From a virus, in IMG/VR virus record IMGVR_UViG_3300025151_000017, positions 52,942-116,941 of that record: a stretch of 64,000 nucleotides of DNA. The stretch is one strand, 5' to 3'. Under the pieces are notes generated by a model. That model worked only from the letters and a program-made list of their open reading frames with translations. It ran no database searches and was not told where the DNA came from. This document shows positions 28,909 to 39,297 of the stretch, one piece after another. Every line of letters begins with the position of its first letter. Position 1 is the stretch's first letter. The translations under genes and the position numbers were made by a program.

Positions 28909-29245
28909 GGAAATATGGGACGAACAGGAGTCCTTTGAACCGAAGAAGCCACATAGGTGTATCACTAACTTTATAAATGGTGAGTGGATAGATCGTGTAT
29001 ATGGAGATCTCGGTAAGAAGAGACTCTTACAGGGTGAGTTCGGGAAAGAATATAAAGGTAAACTTGAGGAAAAGAAATATCGCAGATACAAAACAGACTT
29101 TTTAGGAAAAGCTGTAAGTGTTTATTACCAAAGATATACCCATACTGCTGATGGTAGATGGTTTGATAATAGTGGTATGCCTTGTGCAAAACCACATCAC
29201 GACCCAAAACCAAAGAATGCTGATGACTTGGAGGATGATGAGTAG
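28883..29245 (+). CDS. Hypothetical protein
   Basis: GAGG RBS; TADGRWFDNSGMP. Confidence 0.6.
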   Translation: MMMKKTRIEEIWDEQESFEPKKPHRCITNFINGEWIDRVYGDLGKKRLLQGEFGKEYKGKLEEKKYRRYKTDFLGKAVSVYYQRYTHTADGRWFDNSGMPCAKPHHDPKPKNADDLEDDE

Positions 29246-29799
29246 TGGTAGAAGAACGACTCAGAAAAATAGATGGTAAATCTTTATGGTATTTTGACGA
29301 TATCTTTAGTTTCGAAGAACGAGAAAGACTATATAGTTATTGCTTAAACAAAAAGTATTCGCTCTCTGGCTCAGATGTACAAAGACTAGAGACTAAAGGC
29401 GATTATAATTTGTATTGTAATCTCTCTCCCACTGATGTGGATGATATGGGGATAGAGAAATTAGAAAACTATTCCCACATCAAACATCACCTAGATGACT
29501 ATACTATAACTCAGGCAAGAATTAATCTGAGCACAATCCAGGATAAAAATCGTTTTCATTGCGATACTGGAGCCGAGCATAATTTAACAATGCTATATTA
29601 TCCCAACATGGAATGGGAAAAGTCTTGGGGTGGTCAAACACTTTTTACAAACTTAACCAACGATACTCTCGAATGGGTGTCGTTCTACATTCCAGGGAGG
29701 ATAATTTTATTCGATGGCTCAATACCCCACTCAATCAACCCACCAACAATCCACAGCCCAACGCACAGATTTTCAGTCGTCATTCAATATGGAAAGTAA
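29245..29799 (+). CDS. 2OG-Fe(II) oxygenase (prolyl-4-hydroxylase-like)
   Basis: FHCD, LYYPN.EW...WGG.T, PGRIILFDGSIPH and R.S. Confidence 0.85.
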   Translation: MVEERLRKIDGKSLWYFDDIFSFEERERLYSYCLNKKYSLSGSDVQRLETKGDYNLYCNLSPTDVDDMGIEKLENYSHIKHHLDDYTITQARINLSTIQDKNRFHCDTGAEHNLTMLYYPNMEWEKSWGGQTLFTNLTNDTLEWVSFYIPGRIILFDGSIPHSINPPTIHSPTHRFSVVIQYGK

Positions 29800-31606
29800 A
29801 GTGGAAGATAAACTAATTTCAGAGATACATGGTATCACGATAGACTATACTAGAGATTCGCTACTTGACGATGCTGGTAAAATACGATTAAAAGAATCGT
29901 ATATGAAAGATGATGAAACTTCTCCGCAAGAGAGGTTTGCTTTTGTATCTAAAACTTTTTCATCAAATCCTGAGCATGCTCAAAGATTGTATGATTACTC
30001 ATCACAACATTGGCTGAGTTATGCTACACCTATTTTATCTTTCGGTAGAAGCCGAAGAGGGTTGCCTATTAGTTGCTTCTTAAATTATATAGAAGATACT
30101 TCTGAAGGATTAGTACAAAACCTATCAGAAACTAATTGGTTATCTATGTCAGGTGGAGGAGTTGGTATTGGGTTTGGTATTCGTAGTGCCGATGATAAAT
30201 CTACAGGTGTTATGCCACATATGAAAATGTATGACGCATCTTCATTAGCATATCGTCAAGGTCGTACAAGACGAGGTAGTTATGCTGCATACTTAAATAT
30301 AGACCATCCTGATATTAAAGAATTTATTGAAATGAGAAAGCCGACAGGCGATCCTAACATGAGAGCATTAAACATGCATCATGGTATTAATATCCCACAC
30401 AGCTTTATGCAGATTATTGAAAACTGTATGAAGAATGAAAACTGTGATGACAAGTGGGCACTCAAGGATCCACATAATGGAAAAGTAAAAGAGTATGTAT
30501 CGGCAAGAGAACTTTGGCAAAGTATTTTAGAAACTCGTATGATGACAGGTGAGCCATATCTTCACTTTATTGATACAAGTAATGAACAGTTGCCAGAGTT
30601 TTTAAAAGAAAAGGGACTACAAATTAATCAAAGTAATTTATGTTCAGAGATTATACTTCCTACAAATGAAGAACGAACTGCTGTATGTTGTTTATCATCT
30701 TTGAACCTAGAACATTTTGACGAGTGGTCAAAGAATAAAACATTCCTGAGAGATGTTGCTGAAATGCTAGATAATGTTCTACAGTATTTTATTGATAATG
30801 CTAGACCAGAGTTGGCAAGAGCAGTGTATTCTGCCAAGCAAGAAAGATCTATTGGGATCGGTGCTTTAGGTTTTCATGCTTATTTACAAAAGCATGGTAT
30901 TCCTTTTGAAAGTGCCATAGCTGGAAATAGAAATGAAAAGATATTTAAACACATTAGAACTGGACTCGATAAAGCAAACAATGAGTTGGGCACTGAGCGA
31001 GGGGAAGCACCTGATGCTGTTGGTACTAATAGGAGGTTCAGCCATATGCTTGCTATTGCTCCTAATGCTTCTAGTAGCATTATCATGGGTAATACTTCTC
31101 CTTCTGTGGAGCCTTTTCGAGCTAACGCATATCGTCAAGACACACTTAGTGGATCCCATACTAATAAAAATAAGTTCCTTCAAAAACTTCTTGAGAAGAA
31201 AGCTAAAGAACACAAACTAAATTTAGATGAGGAATGGTCAAGTATTATTGCAAATGATGGTTCAGTACAACACCTAAAATACTTGAGCGACTTAGAAAAA
31301 GATGTATATAAAACATCTATGGAGATTAACCAACAATGGATTATCAATCATGCTTCTGAACGACAAAAGTATATTGACCAAGCACAGTCAATTAATTTAT
31401 TCTTTAGACCTGACGCAGATATTAAGTATCTTCATGCTGTTCACTTCTTGGCATGGAAAACTGGTCTAAAAACATTATATTACTGTAGAAGTGAAAAGAT
31501 CGGTAAAGCCGATAAAATTAGTAAACGAATACAAAGGGAGATTATTAAAGAGTTAGACATATCAGCGATAGCTGATGGTGATGTCTGTCTCGCTTGTGAA
31601 GGATAA
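29789..31606 (+). CDS. nrdA: Ribonucleotide reductase class Ia alpha subunit
   Basis: PISCF, GGGVG, QGRTRRG, SNLCSE, APNASS, IDQAQS, KTLYY and C-terminal CLACEG. Confidence 0.95.
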   Translation: MESKVEDKLISEIHGITIDYTRDSLLDDAGKIRLKESYMKDDETSPQERFAFVSKTFSSNPEHAQRLYDYSSQHWLSYATPILSFGRSRRGLPISCFLNYIEDTSEGLVQNLSETNWLSMSGGGVGIGFGIRSADDKSTGVMPHMKMYDASSLAYRQGRTRRGSYAAYLNIDHPDIKEFIEMRKPTGDPNMRALNMHHGINIPHSFMQIIENCMKNENCDDKWALKDPHNGKVKEYVSARELWQSILETRMMTGEPYLHFIDTSNEQLPEFLKEKGLQINQSNLCSEIILPTNEERTAVCCLSSLNLEHFDEWSKNKTFLRDVAEMLDNVLQYFIDNARPELARAVYSAKQERSIGIGALGFHAYLQKHGIPFESAIAGNRNEKIFKHIRTGLDKANNELGTERGEAPDAVGTNRRFSHMLAIAPNASSSIIMGNTSPSVEPFRANAYRQDTLSGSHTNKNKFLQKLLEKKAKEHKLNLDEEWSSIIANDGSVQHLKYLSDLEKDVYKTSMEINQQWIINHASERQKYIDQAQSINLFFRPDADIKYLHAVHFLAWKTGLKTLYYCRSEKIGKADKISKRIQREIIKELDISAIADGDVCLACEG

Positions 31607-31610
31607 AAAA

Positions 31611-32528
31611 ATGCCAGAATTGAAATTACCAGAACATCTGAGTTATGATAAAGAAACTATAAAGAAGTTAAAAACTCAAAAGATATTTCGTTATGGGGAT
31701 GTAGAAAGGTTTGACAGAGAGTTGGACTTTCTTATGTCGTTTAAAGATGACTTGATAAAAGATTTTCTAACAGAGTATAAAGATATTGAAGACTGTTTAG
31801 AAACAGGTACGACCTCTGCAATGGAAGCAATATATAGTCGTCTTAACAGAGCTGTGGTTGGTGGTGTCACCAAGATGGTTAGAGGAAAAGCAGGTGTCAG
31901 CGATGACTCTTTTTTAAAAGGACAGTCGACTAAAGGTAAATATAATAATGATGCTTGGCGAGTGTTAGTTATGAAATATCATAACCCAAATCTTGCTGGT
32001 GTTGCTGCTTCACATGAAATACAAAAAAGAGCACTAAGTATTAAACAAAAAAAAGATGGGTATAATCCTGAAGCATTCCCAACTATGCAAAAGATTGCTG
32101 CACATTATGGGGATTTATGTCCGATACTTGAATATAGTATCTTACCTGCTCAAAGTATTATTGAAAGACACATAGGTATAGAAAATAAAGTAGGGGAAAA
32201 CATTAGAATACACATTCCTCTTATAGTACCTGAAGGAGATTTATTTTTAGAAGCACAAGGTGAGGAAGTTGATTGGCAAAACCCATGGGGATTTAATAAT
32301 CAGTATATGCACAGTGCCCATAATAATACTGATGAGCATAGATTAATTATGCTGATTGATTTAAAAAGAACTTATGTTGGTATTCCACCAGCAAAGCACT
32401 TTAAGGATATGACTCTCGAAGAGATTGGAGATGTTCATTTTAGATATGGTAGAGATAATAAAAGAGAGCAACCTAAAATCTCGTCATCTCTATCTAACAA
32501 ATTTAGGAAACCAGAGGATTATATATAA
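31611..32528 (+). CDS. Aspartyl/asparaginyl beta-hydroxylase-family 2OG oxygenase
   Basis: YSIL...I.RH.G, IRIHIPLIVP, HSAHN.T...RLIMLID. Confidence 0.8.
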   Translation: MPELKLPEHLSYDKETIKKLKTQKIFRYGDVERFDRELDFLMSFKDDLIKDFLTEYKDIEDCLETGTTSAMEAIYSRLNRAVVGGVTKMVRGKAGVSDDSFLKGQSTKGKYNNDAWRVLVMKYHNPNLAGVAASHEIQKRALSIKQKKDGYNPEAFPTMQKIAAHYGDLCPILEYSILPAQSIIERHIGIENKVGENIRIHIPLIVPEGDLFLEAQGEEVDWQNPWGFNNQYMHSAHNNTDEHRLIMLIDLKRTYVGIPPAKHFKDMTLEEIGDVHFRYGRDNKREQPKISSSLSNKFRKPEDYI

Positions 32529-32743
32529 TGCCTGTAAAATATAAAGCAGACGAAATTCAAATTAAAAGAGGTCGTGATGGTACTCAAACTAAAACGATTA
32601 AAAGATTTTACATGAAGAATGTATCTACTGAGTTTTTGATTGAACTTCTTAATGATGAAAAAACTAAACCAAAACTTAAAAGTAAAATTAGAAACTTTCT
32701 TTACCTTGCTAGAGGTGTTAAACTAGAGAAGAAGGTATCATGA
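32528..32743 (+). CDS. Small basic hypothetical protein
   Basis: GAGG RBS; KPKLKSK. Confidence 0.6.
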   Translation: MPVKYKADEIQIKRGRDGTQTKTIKRFYMKNVSTEFLIELLNDEKTKPKLKSKIRNFLYLARGVKLEKKVS

Positions 32744-33144
32744 CTTGGCTTCGCAATACTGCCTATGTTCTGATAGCAGTTGTTGCTTTATCAGGATGTG
32801 CTAGTTTAAAAGGGTTAATCCCATCTGGCTGGGACAGTAATGAAATGTTATGGATTGCAGAGATGCAATATGACATTCGTAATATCGAATGCGAAGGCGA
32901 TAATAAACTCGCTAGTGTAGAAAAGGTATGGCGAACCAAAGAGATTTTATGGTGGTATGCTCAAGCAAACCGACATGCTGATGTTGTTGAGTTAATACGA
33001 CCATTTAGTGAAAGTATGGAAGGTATATATAGATCTGCAAAGGCAGATAGATTGCGCAAACCATACTGTGTAAATAAGGTTATCATATTGACCATACAGG
33101 TTGATGAGATAGCAGAAGCATTAGCATCTAGGAGGAAAAGATGA
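32740..33144 (+). CDS. Lipoprotein
   Basis: Lipobox LSGC. Confidence 0.7.
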   Translation: MTWLRNTAYVLIAVVALSGCASLKGLIPSGWDSNEMLWIAEMQYDIRNIECEGDNKLASVEKVWRTKEILWWYAQANRHADVVELIRPFSESMEGIYRSAKADRLRKPYCVNKVIILTIQVDEIAEALASRRKR

Positions 33145-33395
33145 TATTAACAATTATGGGTAAAAATAATTGCCCTTACTGCGATTTGGCGAAGAGACAT
33201 CTAGATGAACATAACATTCCATATGAGTATATCAAAGTTGATGAAGATATGGAAGCATATGAAAAATTTAGAGAGCTCGGTGTTCGCTCAGTCCCACAAA
33301 TTATGCAAGAAGGTAAGATCGTTATAGAAGGTGGTTGGGAAGGACTAAAGAAGACACCAATCAATCACTTACAACAAATGGTCGGAGGAGAATAA
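33141..33395 (+). CDS. Glutaredoxin (NrdC-like)
   Basis: CPYC, SVPQI and GG. Confidence 0.9.
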   Translation: MILTIMGKNNCPYCDLAKRHLDEHNIPYEYIKVDEDMEAYEKFRELGVRSVPQIMQEGKIVIEGGWEGLKKTPINHLQQMVGGE

Positions 33396-33622
33396 TGACA
33401 GATGCATTTAAAGATCTTCGTAATGAAGAATGGGCAAACAAAAAGATTGAACTTGCCGATAAATTTAATAAACAGTTAGAATCTGGTGAACTCAACGAGT
33501 GGGAATATAAAGACTTGATGCAAGATCTTACTCGTACTGATGAAATAATGGACAAAGCAAACGCAATGAAAATGAAAGCAGCAGTAGAGAAAGCAATTTC
33601 ATTGGCATTGAAGTTTGTATAA
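33395..33622 (+). CDS. Hypothetical protein
   Basis: GGAGGAG RBS and TAATG coupling. Confidence 0.6.
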   Translation: MTDAFKDLRNEEWANKKIELADKFNKQLESGELNEWEYKDLMQDLTRTDEIMDKANAMKMKAAVEKAISLALKFV

Positions 33623-34301
33623 GTTTCTATTTAAAGACTCAGCAGAGGTATTTAACCCAATCGCTCGTCAGAAGATAGCTGAAAAAATCTATTTTCATCA
33701 GAAGCATTGGAAACCTCTGACTGAATACTTTGGCAATACTCTATTCGCACAGCCAGGGATGGAACATATGTATCTATTCGGCGATGGATTATATGTATTG
33801 CAAGATAGAAATGATATAAACCAAGAAGTACAGGAGATATTAGATACTGAATTTTCAGAACTTATATATACTCCTGTCCTTGAAACTATCAAGGAAATGT
33901 TTGGTATTGGTGTAAACGAAGTAAGCTATTATGAAGACTTACCTCTGCCTGGATTTCATATCTATAGAGGATCTCTAAGAGGTAATGATATAGGACTTAC
34001 TACAACTAGACCATATCATACAGATGACAATCTAAGATTTTATAAACCTGAAGCAGACAGAAATAATATATATTCGTTTGCTATACCAATCATCTTGCCA
34101 GAATGTGGGGCATGTTTAGATTGGTTAGGGGATGCTCCTGATTACTTTAGTCATAACTATGAACTCGGTGTAATGTCTATGTGGCATGGGATGGTAAAGC
34201 ATCGTCTCGGTGCAAAACCTCCAGCTGAAGGAGATAGGATTACCTTACAAGGTCATGTATATGTAAATGCTAATGATGGAATTTTAAAAGTATATTTCTA
34301 G
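33615..34301 (+). CDS. Putative 2OG-Fe(II) oxygenase
   Basis: PGFHIY, YHTD, KHR and RITLQGH. Confidence 0.65.
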   Translation: MYKFLFKDSAEVFNPIARQKIAEKIYFHQKHWKPLTEYFGNTLFAQPGMEHMYLFGDGLYVLQDRNDINQEVQEILDTEFSELIYTPVLETIKEMFGIGVNEVSYYEDLPLPGFHIYRGSLRGNDIGLTTTRPYHTDDNLRFYKPEADRNNIYSFAIPIILPECGACLDWLGDAPDYFSHNYELGVMSMWHGMVKHRLGAKPPAEGDRITLQGHVYVNANDGILKVYF

Positions 34302-34312
34302 GAGGAAATAAA

Positions 34313-34438
34313 ATGGATCTAAGTTTTTTAAACGCAGAACTACTTAATAATGTAAGCTGGGAAGATGGTTTAATTTATATTGGACTCGGACTGGCTGTTT
34401 ACGCAATAATCAGATTAATTAACAAATACACACGATAG
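34313..34438 (+). CDS. Small membrane protein (41 aa, not in ORF track)
   Basis: GGAGG RBS. Sequence MDLSFLNAELLNNVSWEDGLIYIGLGLAVYAIIRLINKYTR. Confidence 0.65.
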   Translation: MDLSFLNAELLNNVSWEDGLIYIGLGLAVYAIIRLINKYTR

Positions 34439-34447
34439 GAAATAACG

Positions 34448-35440
34448 ATGGCAAAGAAGCAACTTAAACTAACTGACGAAAGAACTTTCTTCAAACCTTT
34501 TAACTACCCATGGGCATATGAAGCATGGTTGAAACATGAACAATCACATTGGCTTCATACTGAAGTGCCTATGATTGAAGATGTTAAAGATTGGAAAACA
34601 AAGATTACTGCTGAGCAGAAATACTTTTTAACTAATATCTTTAGATTCTTTACTCAGGGAGACATCGATGTTGCTGGTGGTTATGTAAATAACTACTTGC
34701 CATATTTTCCACAACCTGAAATTAGAATGATGTTAAGTGGGTTTGCAGCAAGGGAAGCATTACACATTGCTGCATACTCACACTTGATTGAAACTTTGGG
34801 CATGCCTGAAAATACATATCAAGAGTTTGCTGAATATCAAGAGATGTCAGACAAACACGAATACTTTATAAAGCTATCAGAATCTAATGGAAACAAAAGA
34901 TCGGTAGCTACAAACATTGCTGCATTCTCAGCTTTCACTGAGGGTATGCAGTTGTTCTCATCTTTCATCATGCTCTTGAACTTCCCAAGACATGGTCTTA
35001 TGAAAGGTATGGGTCAAATCGTGACTTGGTCAATCGTTGATGAAACTCAACATGCTGAGAATATGATTAAACTTTTTAGAACTTATGTTGAAGAAAACCA
35101 GTCTATCTGGAATGATAAAACCAAATCTGAGATTTATACTATCGCTACTAAGATGACTGAACTAGAAGATAAATTTATTGACTTATCATTCGCTATGGGT
35201 GAGATGCCTGACCTTACAGCTGAAGATGTTAAAAAATATATTAGATATATCTGCGATCGTAGATTGATTAGTCTAGGATTGAAAGGTATCTGGAAAGTAA
35301 AAACTAATCCACTCCCATGGGTTGAAGAGATGATTAATGCTCCGACTCACGGAAACTTCTTTGAAAATAGAGTCACTGATTATGCTAAAGGTGCAATCAC
35401 TGGTGACTGGCAAGAAGTATGGGGTGTTGGTGCTGCCTAA
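34448..35440 (+). CDS. nrdB: Ribonucleotide reductase class Ia beta subunit
   Basis: FFTQGD, EALHIAAYS, EGMQLFSSF, DETQH and NFFENRVTDY. Confidence 0.96.
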   Translation: MAKKQLKLTDERTFFKPFNYPWAYEAWLKHEQSHWLHTEVPMIEDVKDWKTKITAEQKYFLTNIFRFFTQGDIDVAGGYVNNYLPYFPQPEIRMMLSGFAAREALHIAAYSHLIETLGMPENTYQEFAEYQEMSDKHEYFIKLSESNGNKRSVATNIAAFSAFTEGMQLFSSFIMLLNFPRHGLMKGMGQIVTWSIVDETQHAENMIKLFRTYVEENQSIWNDKTKSEIYTIATKMTELEDKFIDLSFAMGEMPDLTAEDVKKYIRYICDRRLISLGLKGIWKVKTNPLPWVEEMINAPTHGNFFENRVTDYAKGAITGDWQEVWGVGAA

Positions 35441-35442
35441 AT

Positions 35443-35613
35443 ATGAATAAGAAATTTAATTTTGAATGTGCTTCTTGTGGTGCTGAATACACCATCTCCT
35501 TTGAGGAAGATGAAGATAATTTCATGGGGCAAGATATAATCTGTTGCCCATTCTGTGGAGATGATTGTGAAAGACCTGAACAAGAGGAGGATTTAGATAA
35601 GGATCCAATATAA
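35443..35613 (+). CDS. Small zinc-ribbon protein
   Basis: CASC...CPFCG. Confidence 0.7.
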   Translation: MNKKFNFECASCGAEYTISFEEDEDNFMGQDIICCPFCGDDCERPEQEEDLDKDPI

Positions 35614-36404
35614 TGAAAAAAATCGTTGTTCAAATAATATCTCTTGACATAGCTCCTGACGAAGTTAGAGAGTACTGTGATGAGAGTTTAGAAGAGTTTG
35701 ATGTTGATACTTACCATGTTATCAAAAAGTTTGGTCCTGCACTGGCTCAGATGGGTGTCCAACAAAACCATGAAAAGAAACTATTCTTAACCCAAACTGA
35801 GAATGATTTTTGTATTCCCCACCCTGTACATTCTACACCTCTTAGAGATTTCCATACACTTGTAGATGCAGTAAATAAAGAAGATATAGATTTGGTTCTT
35901 TTAGCTGGTAAAGAATCCACATATGTAGATGATACTATGTATGAAACCAACGAAGGTTTGGCAAGGGCAGTCTTGGAAGAATACTGTGTAAACCACCCTG
36001 AGTCTGCAAGAATGTATAAGTATCCTGTTGAGTATATTCAAAATATCATGTTATCTTCTGCACCATACATAGCACAATATGTACCTTATGTTAATGAACA
36101 AGGTGCATTTAATAACATCATAGGATACTCTAGAAAGTTTGCCGAACTATTTGACTTTAGAGAAGATATAAATCCTAACGAAATTATAAACTGTCATGAC
36201 GCACTTATGTGTGCTCATCGTAATAACTTAACTGTAAGATATCTAAAATCTCAAAACTTTAGAGAGAAGTATTACTCTATGTCAGACATGATTTATCCTA
36301 GTTTGTGGGAACAACAAAACGATGCATGGAGAGATAGCATGCGTAAAGCCATTCCTAAATTTTCAAAAAATATCCTAAAACGCAAAATCACATTCCTAGA
36401 ATAA
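35613..36404 (+). CDS. Hypothetical protein
   Basis: 263 aa ORF with TAATG coupling. Confidence 0.65.
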   Translation: MKKIVVQIISLDIAPDEVREYCDESLEEFDVDTYHVIKKFGPALAQMGVQQNHEKKLFLTQTENDFCIPHPVHSTPLRDFHTLVDAVNKEDIDLVLLAGKESTYVDDTMYETNEGLARAVLEEYCVNHPESARMYKYPVEYIQNIMLSSAPYIAQYVPYVNEQGAFNNIIGYSRKFAELFDFREDINPNEIINCHDALMCAHRNNLTVRYLKSQNFREKYYSMSDMIYPSLWEQQNDAWRDSMRKAIPKFSKNILKRKITFLE

Positions 36405-36419
36405 CCTAAATATAATACA

Positions 36420-36839
36420 ATGACTTGGTTATACGAAGGGAAACCCTTCCATTCATGTGAAGGTTATTATGGTTTCATTTATGAGATCACCTGTAAAAAG
36501 ACAGGTCGGTCTTACATTGGTCGCAAGTATTTTACAAAAGCGAAAACTCTACAGCCACTAAAAGGCAGAGTCAATAAACGACGAAGTAGAGTTGAGAGTG
36601 ATTGGCAAAATTATTGGGGATCATCAACAATCCTAACTGAAGATGTACTACGACAAGGCGAGCAGAACTTTCGCAGAGAGATTCTTCGTCTTTGTAAAAC
36701 TCGTGGGGAAGTAAATTACTGGGAAGTTAAAATAATGTTTGAAAAAGATGTGTTGAGTGCTAAACTTCCTAATGGTGATTACAGATATTATAACGAGAAT
36801 ATTATGATGAAATTTACTAGATCTAATATAGGAGGATAA
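36420..36839 (+). CDS. GIY-YIG-family nuclease-like protein
   Basis: GFIYEIT...RSYIGRK, YWGSS, FRREIL and YYN.NI. CTAAATA at 36406-36412. Confidence 0.75.
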   Translation: MTWLYEGKPFHSCEGYYGFIYEITCKKTGRSYIGRKYFTKAKTLQPLKGRVNKRRSRVESDWQNYWGSSTILTEDVLRQGEQNFRREILRLCKTRGEVNYWEVKIMFEKDVLSAKLPNGDYRYYNENIMMKFTRSNIGG

Positions 36840-36842
36840 TAT

Positions 36843-36983
36843 ATGTGGAATCTAACAGATATTAAAGAATGGATAGTCGATACTAAGGACACGATTGTGT
36901 TCGGTTATAAAAATATGGACTATAAGAAAAAAATTATGGCAGTTGTATTGATTGCAATTGGCATAGGGATTATATTATTATAA
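36843..36983 (+). CDS. Small membrane protein (46 aa, not in ORF track)
   Basis: GGAGG RBS and a C-terminal hydrophobic segment. Confidence 0.6.
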   Translation: MWNLTDIKEWIVDTKDTIVFGYKNMDYKKKIMAVVLIAIGIGIILL

Positions 36984-36988
36984 TTCAA

Positions 36989-37010
36989 AGTGGGGACTTC
37001 GGTCCCCACT
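36989..37010 (+). promoter_or_regulatory. cUUCGg tetraloop hairpin
   Basis: AGTGGGGAC-TTCG-GTCCCCACT just before an AAGGAGG RBS, with no U-tract. Confidence 0.7.
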
Positions 37011-37026
37011 ACAAAGGAGGACAATT

Positions 37027-38271
37027 ATGTTCATGAAGATATTAATGTTGGGGACAGCATTAACTATTTCAGCTATCGCTGCATACTACTCAATTATTGG
37101 GTTGGCAACTATATTTGCTGCAGCAGTGATACCAGTAATAGTAATGGGGTCTGCCATGGAAGTAGGAAAGCTGGTCACAGTAGTCTATCTACATAGATAC
37201 TGGGATGAATGTAAGATCCTGCTCAAATCATATTTAATGTTCGCAGTGTTTTTCCTTATGTTTATTACAAGTATGGGGATCTTTGGTTTTTTATCAAAGG
37301 CACATATTGAGCAAACTGCTTTATCAGAAGAGCAGATAGCACTCGCCGAAAGTATAGACGATAAACTTGTTCGTTCACAAGTTAAAATCGACAGGTGGGA
37401 TAGCGAAATAGATAGGTTGCTAAAACCTAATAATGAACGAGTTGATGTACAAATAGGAAACGAACAAGAAACACTTAATGGTATATACGATCGTATAGCT
37501 GATGAAAAGAAAGCAGTAAACGATGCGTATAATCAAAAACTAAAAACAATTAATGAAACTATTACTGGCTTCGGATCTAATGCTAGAAAGCAAGAAGAAG
37601 TAGATAAAGCCAATACTCAACTACAAAAAGAACTTACTGATATTGATAACAAGTATGCTAGTCAGATAAAAGACTTGACTGATGTTATTAAATCATATCG
37701 TGTACAGTCAGAACAAAAGACTGATGATATTGATGGTAAGATTGCTATACTTGAAGCAAATGTAGAAAAAGAACAAGTAATAGTTGATGGACTAATAGAA
37801 GAAAAAATGGTTTATGAAAAAGAGTTTCGTAAACTTGAAGCTGAAGTTGGTCCAGTTAAATATATTGCAGAGTTAGTTTATGGGGAAGCTGATAAATCGG
37901 TACTCGAAGATGCTGTAAGATGGGTAATCATTATTCTATGTATTGTATTTGACCCACTTGCTGTGGCTTTACTTATCGCTTGGAATGGTATGATTGACCA
38001 ACCAAGACGAAAAAAGATACCTGAGAATATACTCAATGTCAGTGATGATGCGAAATACTATTGGAAAAAAATACAACAGGATAGAGAGAAAGATCTAGAG
38101 ACTCTAAGTAAACAGTTTGATACACCATCTGTGGTTAAGAAACCTGTGGCACCTGTTGAAAAGCCAAAAGAAGTAGATCCAGACAACGAACCATACAACC
38201 CTGACGCATATGAATTAAGATCTGATATTAAGGAAATTATAGCTAAGAAAGATAGCGAAAAACCTAAATAG
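37027..38271 (+). CDS. Membrane protein with long coiled coil
   Basis: Three N-terminal TMs (AYYSI.GL, E.GK, TSMGIFGFLSKAH), coiled coil, EVGP.KY and FDPLA TM. Confidence 0.75.
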   Translation: MFMKILMLGTALTISAIAAYYSIIGLATIFAAAVIPVIVMGSAMEVGKLVTVVYLHRYWDECKILLKSYLMFAVFFLMFITSMGIFGFLSKAHIEQTALSEEQIALAESIDDKLVRSQVKIDRWDSEIDRLLKPNNERVDVQIGNEQETLNGIYDRIADEKKAVNDAYNQKLKTINETITGFGSNARKQEEVDKANTQLQKELTDIDNKYASQIKDLTDVIKSYRVQSEQKTDDIDGKIAILEANVEKEQVIVDGLIEEKMVYEKEFRKLEAEVGPVKYIAELVYGEADKSVLEDAVRWVIIILCIVFDPLAVALLIAWNGMIDQPRRKKIPENILNVSDDAKYYWKKIQQDREKDLETLSKQFDTPSVVKKPVAPVEKPKEVDPDNEPYNPDAYELRSDIKEIIAKKDSEKPK

Positions 38272-38330
38272 TCATCGTAGGGTGAACTTTTCGTAATGAT
38301 GTGTTTAACATATTACAGGTGCACTAAAAG

Positions 38331-38624
38331 ATGGCAAAAAAAGATTTTGATTTAGATGGCGATGGAGTCACTTCGAAAGAAGAGATTGAAGCTGCAAAAT
38401 TACTCAAAGAAGCAGAAGCTGCTGAAGAAAAAGCAGATACGCAGAAAGCTATGGCATGGGTAGCAATGATATCCATGCTTGGCTTCACATTCTTTTTATT
38501 CCTTCCCTTTATGTCCAACGAACGAGTAGAAGCACTCGGCGATTTGCTTGGTCTATTTTACATAGCACAAGCTGGTGTAGTTGGAGCATACATGGGAATG
38601 TCTGCTTACATGAGTAGAAAATAA
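38331..38624 (+). CDS. Small 2-TM protein with EF-hand-like loop
   Basis: DLDGDGVTSKEE plus two hydrophobic segments. Confidence 0.65.
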   Translation: MAKKDFDLDGDGVTSKEEIEAAKLLKEAEAAEEKADTQKAMAWVAMISMLGFTFFLFLPFMSNERVEALGDLLGLFYIAQAGVVGAYMGMSAYMSRK

Positions 38625-38631
38625 AATAATT

Positions 38632-38913
38632 ATGGATGATATATTTTTATTAGTCGGCGAGTTGGGTCTTCCCATCGCAGGATGTATCCTGCTTGGTGGG
38701 TTTATCTACATCATTTTAAAATACATTCTTGCAGGAGTGACTGACCAAGTTTCTACCATGCACGGAATAATTACAATGCTCGATAATCGTATCAAAAACA
38801 TGAACAATGATATGATTAAACTTGACTTATTAATCTCACATTCATTAGATTTAAAACCTGACGAGGAAAGAATATCTCGTGCAGATGGTAAGGAGGATGC
38901 TCGTCGTGATTGA
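38632..38913 (+). CDS. Small membrane/coiled-coil protein
   Basis: GLPI TM and LDNRIKNMNNDMIKLD. Resembles 39034-39297. Confidence 0.65.
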   Translation: MDDIFLLVGELGLPIAGCILLGGFIYIILKYILAGVTDQVSTMHGIITMLDNRIKNMNNDMIKLDLLISHSLDLKPDEERISRADGKEDARRD

Positions 38914-39037
38914 GCCAAAGAATAAAGGGATACCACTAAGCAAGTATAAAACAAAATACACATATACTGGTGCTGATGTGGTTATCGCATCTTGTATATC
39001 ATTCTTTATAGCATTCCTTCTAGGAGCAATGCTGTGA
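38906..39037 (+). CDS. Small membrane protein (43 aa, not in ORF track)
   Basis: AGGAGG RBS before GTG, and a C-terminal hydrophobic segment. Confidence 0.5.
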   Translation: MIEPKNKGIPLSKYKTKYTYTGADVVIASCISFFIAFLLGAML

Positions 39038-39297
39038 TAGAAATTATACAGGAGTATGGCTTTCCTGTGGTAGCTGTTATAGGAATGGGATGGTTTATCT
39101 GGTTTATCTATAACTACATCACAGAAGAAATAGATGGTAAACTAGCAGAAGCAAATACAGTATTGATTGCTCTGATAGATAGGATTCGTATGTTAGATAA
39201 CGATATCATACGATTGAAAAGTAAAGTCAACACAGTCATAGAATTAAAAGAGAATGCTGAAAAAAAAGACTCAAAAGAGGAAGAAAATGCTAAATAA
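39034..39297 (+). CDS. Small membrane/coiled-coil protein
   Basis: AGGAG RBS before GTG. YGFPV TM and LIDRIRMLDNDIIRL. Confidence 0.65.
   Translation: MIEIIQEYGFPVVAVIGMGWFIWFIYNYITEEIDGKLAEANTVLIALIDRIRMLDNDIIRLKSKVNTVIELKENAEKKDSKEEENAK

Noticed and set aside
29789-36839. Intron/intein in nrdA or nrdB with a homing endonuclease
   Set aside because: Both genes are uninterrupted and of ordinary length. The GIY-YIG-like ORF is free-standing and short.
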